Assembly: GCA_017633905.1 (NCBI GenBank) | Contig: JAGBOK010000031.1 | Coordinates: 1 to 43,363 of the forward strand | Reading direction: 5' to 3' | Length of the DNA: 43,363 nt | From: Eubacterium sp. | GTDB lineage: Bacteria; Bacillota; Clostridia; Lachnospirales; Lachnospiraceae | Translations under genes and position numbers: made by a program | Part shown: piece by piece, positions 19,534 to 29,298 of the stretch | How positions within the stretch are numbered: position 1 is the first letter of the stretch | How the letters are laid out: every line of letters starts with the position of its first letter | The notes under the pieces: model-generated | Databases searched by the model: none | Seen by the model: only the letters and a program-made list of their open reading frames with translations | What the model was told of the DNA's origin: nothing

Positions 19534-21296
19534 GGCTCAGTTTCAGATATCTGGGGAAAAAAGACATACTTATGTTTGTAGTCAGCTGCCTGTGCGTTGT
19601 CGGGCAGGTTTTTCTGGAATTAAAGATTCCTGAGTACACCGGAAAGATCACGGTTCTGGTACAGACCACGGGCGTTACGGTCTCCGATGTGATGGCACCG
19701 GGCTCCATGATGCTTCTATGTGCCTTTGGGAGTCTTGTTTTTTTTATAATTGCAGGTTATCTGCTTGCAAGTATAGGAACAGATGCCACTGCGGGGATAC
19801 GAAAAGACATCTATCGCAAGGTGATGTCTTTTTCTCTGCAGGAGATGTCGGGGTATGACAGCGCGAGCCTCATCACCAGGTGTACCGTGAATGTTGATAT
19901 GATACTTCGCTTTTGGATCAGCGGTCCTTTGATGTTTGTAAGAGCAGCTGTTACACTGACGGTTGCCATCATCAAGATGGTGGATACTGATGTGAGGTGG
20001 CTCTATACCGTGGGCAGTGCGGCGATAGCAGCGCTTATCATGATGATGGTTCTGCTTCTTATAGCTGTGGTTCGCATGGTAAATGTTCAGCTTTATACTG
20101 ATGATCTGAACCGTCTCGTCGGTGAGCATATGAGCGGAATCAGAGTTATGCATGCCTTCAATGCCTATCGTCACCAGAAAAAAGAATTTGACCGGACCAA
20201 TGAAAAACTCACGCATTTTAATATCTTTGTCAGTTATATCATGTCCATTCTGACACCGGGGCTTATGATGATTTCCTATGCGCTCACGATCGCTATATTT
20301 GTCATGGGAGCATATATCATATCCGGCAGTCCCATAGGCGGCAGACCGGAGCTCTACGCAGGTATGATCGAGTTCTCATCCTATGCTGCCATCATAATGG
20401 GAGCGGTAGTATCTATCATAAAGGGCATGGTTACAGTGCCTGCGGTAGTTGTCTCATCCAAGAGGATATCCGAGGTTTTAGATGAGAAAATCGTGATCAC
20501 GGACGGAGAGGGAGCGGATCAGGATGAGCAGGCGCCTGCGGTCAGATTTGAACATGTGTCATTCGCGTATCCGGGAGCTTCGGCCAATGTCCTGAATGAC
20601 ATTAGCTTTGAGGCAAAAAAAGGGGAGACAGTTGCTTTTATCGGAAACACGGGCTGTGGCAAGACAACCCTTCTCAATCTGATCCCAAGACTTTATGAAG
20701 CGGGAGAGGGAAGGATAGAGATAGGTGGAAATGATATAAAAAAATATACGATAGAGGAGCTTCGCACATCAATAGGTTATGTACCGCAAAAAGCGAGACT
20801 TTTCTCGGGAACGATCGCGAAGAACATAGATTTTGGAGATAACGGCGGATATGCAAAGAGTCTTTCAGATATAAAAAAAGCGGCAGAGGTCGGACAGGCG
20901 GATGAGTTTATTATGCAAAAGCCCGAGGGGTATGATACTCTCGTGCAGGGCGGAGGCACGAATTTCAGCGGCGGACAGAGACAGCGCCTCACAATATCGA
21001 GAGCCGTATGCAGGGATCCTGAGATCTATCTTTTTGATGATTCTTTCTCGGCTCTTGACTTTAAGACCGACAGAGAGCTCCGCCGGGCACTCAAAAAACA
21101 CGCCGCCGGTGCTACCATAATCATTGTGGCTCAGAGGATCTCCACGATCAGGAATGCCGGAAGGATCTATGTTATGGACAAGGGGCGGATCGTCGGAGAG
21201 GGAACACACGATGAGCTGATGGAAAACTCTGAGGTTTACAAGGAGATCGCATACACCCAGATCGAGGGAATTACTATTGAAGGGAAGGGAGCATAA
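19530..21296 (+). CDS. ABC exporter TMD-NBD half transporter, degenerate-site subunit
   Basis: ATG 19530 overlaps the esterase TGA. Walker A GNTGCGKT, signature FSGGQRQR, Walker B LFDDSFSALD (Asp for catalytic Glu), switch AQR (Gln for His). Confidence 0.93.
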   Translation: MRLSFRYLGKKDILMFVVSCLCVVGQVFLELKIPEYTGKITVLVQTTGVTVSDVMAPGSMMLLCAFGSLVFFIIAGYLLASIGTDATAGIRKDIYRKVMSFSLQEMSGYDSASLITRCTVNVDMILRFWISGPLMFVRAAVTLTVAIIKMVDTDVRWLYTVGSAAIAALIMMMVLLLIAVVRMVNVQLYTDDLNRLVGEHMSGIRVMHAFNAYRHQKKEFDRTNEKLTHFNIFVSYIMSILTPGLMMISYALTIAIFVMGAYIISGSPIGGRPELYAGMIEFSSYAAIIMGAVVSIIKGMVTVPAVVVSSKRISEVLDEKIVITDGEGADQDEQAPAVRFEHVSFAYPGASANVLNDISFEAKKGETVAFIGNTGCGKTTLLNLIPRLYEAGEGRIEIGGNDIKKYTIEELRTSIGYVPQKARLFSGTIAKNIDFGDNGGYAKSLSDIKKAAEVGQADEFIMQKPEGYDTLVQGGGTNFSGGQRQRLTISRAVCRDPEIYLFDDSFSALDFKTDRELRRALKKHAAGATIIIVAQRISTIRNAGRIYVMDKGRIVGEGTHDELMENSEVYKEIAYTQIEGITIEGKGA

Positions 21297-21300
21297 AGGC

Positions 21301-23163
21301 GTGGAGAACAAAGGAAGAAAACTCATATGGCGATATGCGGGAGAGAACAAAGCCCTCCTCATTGCCTCTGCCGTATTTGCTCTGTTTGCAGCGGTGGCAC
21401 AGGCATTTTTGCCGGTTCAGATACAAAGGCTCGGCGATTATATCCAGCAAAACATCGGTGGGGAATTGGACTTCAATGGGATAATTCCTGATATGCTTAT
21501 CGCGGGTCTTTTGGTGCTTGTCTTTGTTGTATTTACCATTGCGCAGCAGGTAACATCAGCAAAGGCGGTAGGTTATATCGGCCGTGGACTTAGAAAGGAT
21601 CTGAATGAAAAGCTGAGCCTGACGACCATAGCAAAGACGGATTCATACAGCGTCGGTGATATACAGAGCCGTTTCTCCAATGATATCAGCAATATCACTA
21701 CCTCTATCCAAGATGTCATGGCGCCTGCGCCCGCCAATATTGTTAAGCTGATACTTTTGATTGTTCTGATGTGCATGACCAATGTGTATATGACGATCAG
21801 TGTGGTGATCGCAACGTTTATCGGTTTTTTGGTAGTGGCGGTCGTGGTAAAGAAAACCCGGGTACATGTTGTAGAGCAGCAGCGCACCATCGGTGAGCTG
21901 AACTCTATCGTACAGGAGAGTATCTCAGGTCATATGGTCATCAAATCGTTCCACTGCGAGGAGGATATGATAGATGATTTTATATCAAGAAATGAAGCCG
22001 TGAGAGCAAGCTCCAAAAAAACCCAGTTTTTGCAGGGAGTCATACAGCCGATACTTATATTTTTTAATAATTTTAATTATATTGCGGTCGCAGTCACGGC
22101 AGCGGTGCTTTTCTCCATCATGCCGGACAGTCTTACAATAGGTGGTATGGCAGCTTTCATTCTCTATGCGCCGATGCTTGGTGACCCTGTCAATGCGATC
22201 ATCTCATTTTCTTCGTCCATGCAGATGGCGTCTGCATCTGCGGATCGTGTCGGGCAGATACTTGAAGCAGATGAGATAGAGGATGAATCGATCCGGAAGA
22301 TACTTAAAGATACACAGGATGATCCTGCCGGAGCGGTCACGGGAAGTCCGGGCAGCCTGCCGGGACAGATGGATAGTTCGGATAATAAGGACGACTCTGC
22401 CGGAGCCGGTAAGACCGTAAGAGGAGATGTAAGATTTGAGCATGTGCGTTTTGGATATCTGCCGGAGCAGATCGTATTAAAAGATCTTTCAGCTACAGTA
22501 AAGGCAGGACAAAAGGTTGCGATCGTTGGTCCCACCGGTGCGGGCAAGTCCACACTTATCAATCTGTTGATGCGCTTCTATGAGCCGACGGGCGGTCAGA
22601 TATATATTGATGATATTCCGATAAGTGGGATCAGCATGATTGAACTGCACAGATATTTGGGAATGGTTTTGCAGGATACATGGACATTTCAGGGAACGAT
22701 ACGCGACAACATCATATATTCGACCGAGGGTGTAACAGAAGAAAAGCTTGACAGGATCATCAAAGACTGCGGGCTGTCGCATCTGATAGAAACTCTGCCT
22801 GATGGTCTGGATACCGTGATCAGTGAGCAGTCGGATATATCAGCCGGACAGAGGCAGCTTTTGACCATTGCAAGAGCGCTTGCAAAGGATGCCCCGATCC
22901 TGATACTTGATGAGGCGACCTCCAACGTCGATACGAGAAGTGAGCTTCTCATACAGCGTGCGATCGACAGGCTGACTGATGGGAGAACTTCCTTTGTCAT
23001 TGCCCACAGATTATCTACGATCAAAAATGCCGACTGCATCTTTGTCATGAAGGACGGAGACGTGGTCGAGATGGGCAGACATGATGAACTCCTTGAACAG
23101 GGCGGCTTGTACTCAGAACTCTACTATTCGCAGTTTGATCAAGACGTTACTATTCACGGCTGA
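21301..23163 (+). CDS. ABC exporter TMD-NBD half transporter, consensus-site subunit (TM287/288-type heterodimer)
   Basis: GTG 21301 after GAAGGGAG (TTG 21277 is an alternative start). GPTGAGKS, ISAGQRQ, LILDEATS, IAHRLST. Confidence 0.92.
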   Translation: MENKGRKLIWRYAGENKALLIASAVFALFAAVAQAFLPVQIQRLGDYIQQNIGGELDFNGIIPDMLIAGLLVLVFVVFTIAQQVTSAKAVGYIGRGLRKDLNEKLSLTTIAKTDSYSVGDIQSRFSNDISNITTSIQDVMAPAPANIVKLILLIVLMCMTNVYMTISVVIATFIGFLVVAVVVKKTRVHVVEQQRTIGELNSIVQESISGHMVIKSFHCEEDMIDDFISRNEAVRASSKKTQFLQGVIQPILIFFNNFNYIAVAVTAAVLFSIMPDSLTIGGMAAFILYAPMLGDPVNAIISFSSSMQMASASADRVGQILEADEIEDESIRKILKDTQDDPAGAVTGSPGSLPGQMDSSDNKDDSAGAGKTVRGDVRFEHVRFGYLPEQIVLKDLSATVKAGQKVAIVGPTGAGKSTLINLLMRFYEPTGGQIYIDDIPISGISMIELHRYLGMVLQDTWTFQGTIRDNIIYSTEGVTEEKLDRIIKDCGLSHLIETLPDGLDTVISEQSDISAGQRQLLTIARALAKDAPILILDEATSNVDTRSELLIQRAIDRLTDGRTSFVIAHRLSTIKNADCIFVMKDGDVVEMGRHDELLEQGGLYSELYYSQFDQDVTIHG

Positions 23164-23260
23164 ATCAAACATGCCGAAGGCACGGACTCTCCGAATGTTA
23201 AAGAGTGACAGCCGTGAATAGTAACAAAACAGCAGTGATTCAGGCAGAAAGCTGTCACTC
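23146..23260. repeat. REP-like palindromic element cluster overlapping the ABC gene stop
   Basis: Perfect 17 bp inverted repeat GTTACTATTCACGGCTG (23146-23162) / CAGCCGTGAATAGTAAC (23209-23225); extra arm GCTGTCACTC at 23251-23260. Confidence 0.85.
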
Positions 23261-23283
23261 CACAACATAAGGGACACCATATT

Positions 23284-25179
23284 ATGAAAAAAATATTCAG
23301 CAGATTAATTTTTAAAATAGTATTGGGAATACTTGTACTTGGTGTCATTGCAGGTTTTGTCATCAGATATGTGCTTAGCAGCGAGTTCACTTCCTTTTAT
23401 CTTGAAGAGAGAAGCGCAGAGATCGAAAAGGCAAATACCGGGTTTTATGACACTGTCGAATTTGCTCTGGGTCCTGAATATTCGCCAATGTTTGAGTATT
23501 GGATCAAACACTCCGATGATACAATAGAACTCATACGCAAAAACGAACATGAAGAGTTTGTAACGAAAGAATATATCAAAATCAAAAAAGAATTGGGGAT
23601 AGAGGATATCGACTCATTGGATTTATATTCGGATGGAAAATATTCAGATGAAAAATATGATTACATAAAGCTTTTGCATGTTGTTGCATTTTTTGATTTT
23701 TTTGCCGTTTTTTTCGATGACTTTAGCCAGTATGGCACTTCAGCGAGTATAATCGCAGTAGATAAAAACGGAAACGGTACGACCCTGGTAAGCGATGAAA
23801 TTATGGATATCGATACTTATGTGAAAGGCCCGCACAGTACAAAATTTATCATTGACATTGATGATTATCCTGTTTTGAAAAAAATGATGCAGAGTGAAAC
23901 AACGAGGGAAACAGATTGTAACTATCATCGTATCGATGAAAACGGGGATCGTCATATGACTGTCTATACAACAGCATATATACTTCCGGACGGCACACAT
24001 ATTTTTATTAAAACTGATCTGACATGGACAAGACTGTATACAAACATGAGCTCTACAGTAAATGGGCTTGTATGGGGTGCCATAGCTGTTTTATCAATAT
24101 TTGTGGTCTTTATTCTTGTTACAATATATATCATTGTGATCAGAAAGACTACGAGGATCAAGAAGGCAATAGTCAGTTACGAAGAGGAAAAAGATCCGGA
24201 GATAATGAAAAGTATTCTTGACAAACAGTCTGAGAAAAAAGATGAGATGGGCAGTCTTGCCAATGAACTGATCGTAATGTCTGATACCATACACAGCTAT
24301 GTGGAAGAAAAGAAGGATATAGCGGTAAGGGCGGAGAATTACCGTGTGCAGATGGAGATCGCGTCGACCATACAAAAAAACAATCTGATCTTAAACTTTG
24401 ACGAGGTGACTGCCGGAACAGGCGTCAGTGTATATGCCGGCATGAAACCGCTCAGAGAGGTCGGAGGGGATTATTACGGATGCGTGAGGATAGATGATGA
24501 TCACATTGCTTTCCTGATCGCGGATGTATCTGATAAGGGAATACCGGCAGCACTGTATATGATGAACTCCAAAACTCTGATAGAGAGCAGCCTGATGAGC
24601 GGTCATGGCGCAGCCGAAGCTCTGAACATGGTAAATGATACTCTTGCCGAAAATAACGACGCTGATATGTTCGTCACTGTGTGGCTTGCCATACTCACCG
24701 TATCCGCAGGAGAGCTTAAAGTTATTAACGCAGGTCATGAAAACCCTCTGATAAAAAAAGCATTTCCTGCCGGACAAAAGAATTCACGGGATAGTCTGGG
24801 CTCTTCGCCTGAAGGACTAAAATTATCATCTGATAGTAAAATCCGGTCTGCTTCAGATGAAAAGGGCAGCGGAAAATGGAGCATCGTCAGATATCCTCAC
24901 TTTATGCCGGTGGGCTCCATAGAAGATATGGGATATGAGGAACACTCATATACATTAGATCCGGGCGACATCGTATTTGTCTACACTGACGGAGTGACCG
25001 ATGCCAAGTCACCGTCAGGTGAGCGCTTCGGCGAGGAACGCATCAGGGAGACACTTGATGAGCTTGACACCGATGATGCCAGGGAGATCGTTGATATGAT
25101 GAATAAAAAAATAATCGAATTTACAGGTGATGAAGCGCTGTTTGATGATATAACCATGCTGTGCTTTAAATATCAATGA
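23284..25179 (+). CDS. Membrane-bound SpoIIE/RsbU-family PP2C phosphatase with extracellular sensor and HAMP
   Basis: Two TM helices, HAMP DEMGSLA, EVGGDYY, IADVSDKGIPAAL, MFVT, NAGH, YTDGVTD, FDDIT. Confidence 0.92.
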   Translation: MKKIFSRLIFKIVLGILVLGVIAGFVIRYVLSSEFTSFYLEERSAEIEKANTGFYDTVEFALGPEYSPMFEYWIKHSDDTIELIRKNEHEEFVTKEYIKIKKELGIEDIDSLDLYSDGKYSDEKYDYIKLLHVVAFFDFFAVFFDDFSQYGTSASIIAVDKNGNGTTLVSDEIMDIDTYVKGPHSTKFIIDIDDYPVLKKMMQSETTRETDCNYHRIDENGDRHMTVYTTAYILPDGTHIFIKTDLTWTRLYTNMSSTVNGLVWGAIAVLSIFVVFILVTIYIIVIRKTTRIKKAIVSYEEEKDPEIMKSILDKQSEKKDEMGSLANELIVMSDTIHSYVEEKKDIAVRAENYRVQMEIASTIQKNNLILNFDEVTAGTGVSVYAGMKPLREVGGDYYGCVRIDDDHIAFLIADVSDKGIPAALYMMNSKTLIESSLMSGHGAAEALNMVNDTLAENNDADMFVTVWLAILTVSAGELKVINAGHENPLIKKAFPAGQKNSRDSLGSSPEGLKLSSDSKIRSASDEKGSGKWSIVRYPHFMPVGSIEDMGYEEHSYTLDPGDIVFVYTDGVTDAKSPSGERFGEERIRETLDELDTDDAREIVDMMNKKIIEFTGDEALFDDITMLCFKYQ

Positions 25180-25194
25180 TTAGTAGTTACTATA

Positions 25195-26094
25195 TTAATT
25201 TGCTGAAATTCTTTTTGCATATTCATAAAGCCTGCGAAGGGTATTATCATCTATCTCATCAAGTATGTTACCTGCCGCTTTGGAGAATCCCTCATAGGTA
25301 TTGAAGCCAAGCAGGTAAACTGCCATAGCCATCGCAAGATTCTCATCATCGGTGTTCATCTTTTTGGCAATATGCTTCAGTTCCATTAATACAGAATCAT
25401 GCGGAACCTTGACATCATCGCCGCCCTCCGCAACCACCTTTTGAATCACCCGTGGCAGTTCCATACACATTCTGTAAAAAGCATCTTCTTCACCTGTCAC
25501 GAGAGCATAGAACCGGTCAAGGCTCACTCTGCGGATCTTCTTATGCGATACGCTCTTTCCGTCAACTGTTGTAGACCACTTGATGTTCTGGGATTTCTTT
25601 GCGATAGCCTCTACAAGGAAGCAGGCACAGTCATCGTCATCCAGTAGCTGGCTCTGCATCTTTATGTAGGTCTTTCCGGCAGCGGACGAATTCATGGTAT
25701 TATGCTTGTTTTTCATCTCAACATAGACTGTATGAACAACATCACCGTCCGGCAGCTGAATCCCGGTCTCTCTATGAAGGATGACATCCCAGCCTCCTTC
25801 AGTTCCGTTATCAGGCACATGGCAATCCTTCATATACTGAAAGATTCTCTGATGGAAATAGCCTATATCATTGTTATTTGACTTATCCCTCTGACGGAAG
25901 ATCTCATTGCTGACGATTTCCTCCCAAGTGGACTGATATACGGTCTTATCGAATATCATCTTGATGGGATCAACGATATTTTTATTGAATCGGACGATAT
26001 CAAACGATTCCAGCTTTTCGCCGTACTTATCGATCGTCGCTTTTACATGATTGGTAAAATCTTCCTCCGAGATAAATGACAGATTCCAACTCAT
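25195..26094 (-). CDS. Type II restriction endonuclease, Eco47II/Sau96I-like family (predicted GGNCC)
   Basis: N-terminus NKNIVDPIKMIFD, RQRDKSNNNDIGYFHQ, catalytic WDV...VEMKNKHNTMNSS; translationally coupled to a C5 MTase. Confidence 0.82.
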   Translation of the reverse strand: MSWNLSFISEEDFTNHVKATIDKYGEKLESFDIVRFNKNIVDPIKMIFDKTVYQSTWEEIVSNEIFRQRDKSNNNDIGYFHQRIFQYMKDCHVPDNGTEGGWDVILHRETGIQLPDGDVVHTVYVEMKNKHNTMNSSAAGKTYIKMQSQLLDDDDCACFLVEAIAKKSQNIKWSTTVDGKSVSHKKIRRVSLDRFYALVTGEEDAFYRMCMELPRVIQKVVAEGGDDVKVPHDSVLMELKHIAKKMNTDDENLAMAMAVYLLGFNTYEGFSKAAGNILDEIDDNTLRRLYEYAKRISAN

Positions 26095-27182
26095 CCCATC
26101 ACCTCCTTATCCAGTGCCTCATGTATAGTTCTGGCCACTTCATATCCAAGATTGACAGGAACCGCATTGCCAACCTGTTTATATTGTGACATTACATTTC
26201 CACAGAATTCCCAGTCGTCCGGAAAGCTTTGGCATCGTGCATTTTCCCTTACGGTAAAAGGTCTTGCTTCCAGCGGATGGCATCTTTCGGTCTGCTTTTG
26301 CGATGGAGAAGTAAGCACCGTAAGTGAAGGTTCATCCATGCTCAGTCTTCTCAAGATACCGGTTCTTCCGCCTTCCATTTCCCAACAGCTCTTCATATAT
26401 TCCTTTGCAAGTTCGGGATCGATATCCCTCCAATATCCACCCGGAGGAACCAGTTCAAATAGCTTTCTTTTGTTCTCACCGTAAGGAACCCCCGGACTTT
26501 CAGGAACATCCTGAAGCACATCCTTTAATACCGGCTTATACTCATGCTTCTTAGGAAAACTATATGTGATTCTTCCCACAAGATCCTTTCTGATCCCGAT
26601 GGTGATAAGCCGTTCCCTCTTTTGTGCAACTCCGTAATCCCATGCATTGAGCACCTGCTTTTGAATATCATAACCGGCCTTTTCAAAGATATCCAGCATT
26701 GTCCGGTATGTCTTTCCCCCATCATGTGTAAGGAGCCCCCTTACATTCTCAAAAAGAAACATCCGGGGTTGAAGCTTTTCAAGGAAAATGGCATAGTGAT
26801 AAAATAGCGTTCCCCTGGCATCTTCCAGTCCAAGCCGCTTTCCCGCATAGGAAAATGCCTGACACGGTGCTCCGCCCGAGAGGAGATCCAGTTCACCCTT
26901 CTTTATTCCAAAATATTCTTCCAGATCCAGCTTCGATATATTGGCGATATCATCACAGATGACTCTCCAATTGGGACGGTTCCTTTTTAATGTATCACAT
27001 GCATCATGGTCAAGCTCGATCAGACCTATAGTATTAAATCCGGCTTCCTCCACGCCAAGAGCCAGTCCCCCTGCCCCGGCAAACAGTTCGATAGTCTTAT
27101 ACATTGGTTTACCCGCCTTTTGTGGATAAATGATATTGTAGTTATTCTTCTCAGCCATTTCAGTAGTTGTAACGAATTCCAT
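26091..27182 (-). CDS. dcm: DNA (cytosine-5)-methyltransferase, cognate of the REase
   Basis: Motif I ELFAGAGG, IV GAPCQAFS, VI ENVRG, VIII QKRER, IX-X RENARCQSFPD..YKQVGNAVP. The start is placed at ATG 27182, downstream of a consensus promoter. Confidence 0.92.
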   Translation of the reverse strand: MEFVTTTEMAEKNNYNIIYPQKAGKPMYKTIELFAGAGGLALGVEEAGFNTIGLIELDHDACDTLKRNRPNWRVICDDIANISKLDLEEYFGIKKGELDLLSGGAPCQAFSYAGKRLGLEDARGTLFYHYAIFLEKLQPRMFLFENVRGLLTHDGGKTYRTMLDIFEKAGYDIQKQVLNAWDYGVAQKRERLITIGIRKDLVGRITYSFPKKHEYKPVLKDVLQDVPESPGVPYGENKRKLFELVPPGGYWRDIDPELAKEYMKSCWEMEGGRTGILRRLSMDEPSLTVLTSPSQKQTERCHPLEARPFTVRENARCQSFPDDWEFCGNVMSQYKQVGNAVPVNLGYEVARTIHEALDKEVMG

Positions 27183-27213
27183 GTACGCATCTCTTTCGAA
27201 GCATAACAAATTC

Positions 27214-27242
27214 ATTATATTCCCCTTGTAGTACATTTTCAA
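27214..27242 (-). promoter_or_regulatory. Sigma-A promoter of the R-M operon
   Basis: Minus strand TTGAAA-17 bp-TATAAT, about 30 bp upstream of ATG 27182. Confidence 0.7.
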
Positions 27243-27328
27243 GAGTTTTTTCATTTTGCGTCTACCGGATTCGAGCATGAAAAGCAATCTCACAGCGCCA
27301 TGTATTAGCTTGAAAAGCATGGAAATCA

Positions 27329-27357
27329 TTGACGTTAGGGTTTTACTGTGATATTAT
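27329..27357 (+). promoter_or_regulatory. Sigma-A promoter of the LRR surface protein gene
   Basis: TTGACG-17 bp-TATTAT with TG extension; RBS GAGGAGG precedes 27461. Confidence 0.6.
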
Positions 27358-27460
27358 AAGTATAAGTTGCCATTGTGAAGCGATAGCGGTGAAAAGTAAC
27401 AGTTGAATCGCTACCGAAAATAAAGTATATCCGGTGTACTGATACGAGAGGAGGTATCCT

Positions 27461-29197
<1,737 letters not shown>

Positions 29198-29202
29198 AAC
29201 AA

Positions 29203-29272
29203 TGACAGCCGTGAAGGGTAACCCGAAAACTCTGCCGGAGTTACAGCCATAAACAGTAGCAAAACAGTAGTG
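29203..29272. repeat. Two degenerate REP-like copies
   Basis: TGACAGCCGTGAAGGGTAAC (29203-29222) and GAGTTACAGCCATAAACAGTAGCAAAACAGTAGTG (29238-29272; 29/35 identical to 23203-23237). Confidence 0.7.
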
Positions 29273-29298
29273 CACAAGCTTTATTAGAGGGAAAAATA

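Noticed and set aside
23146-23260. Possible CRISPR array or ssrA-like tag system from the recurring GTTACTATTCAC motif
   Set aside because: Copies are inverted and dispersed rather than regularly spaced direct repeats; no cas genes; the peptide is genomically encoded and unlike an ssrA tag.
27183-27329. 49-aa N-terminal extension of the methyltransferase in the ORF track
   Set aside because: It spans a consensus promoter, so the start is more likely 27182 or later. Track starts at 1055, 9251, 19497, 37441 and 40962 were shortened likewise on RBS or overlap evidence.
27361-27460. Possible riboswitch in the 100 nt leader of the LRR gene
   Set aside because: Only a short TAGCGGT/ATCGCTA stem and a degenerate repeat trace; I recognised no c-di-GMP, SAM, TPP or T-box consensus.
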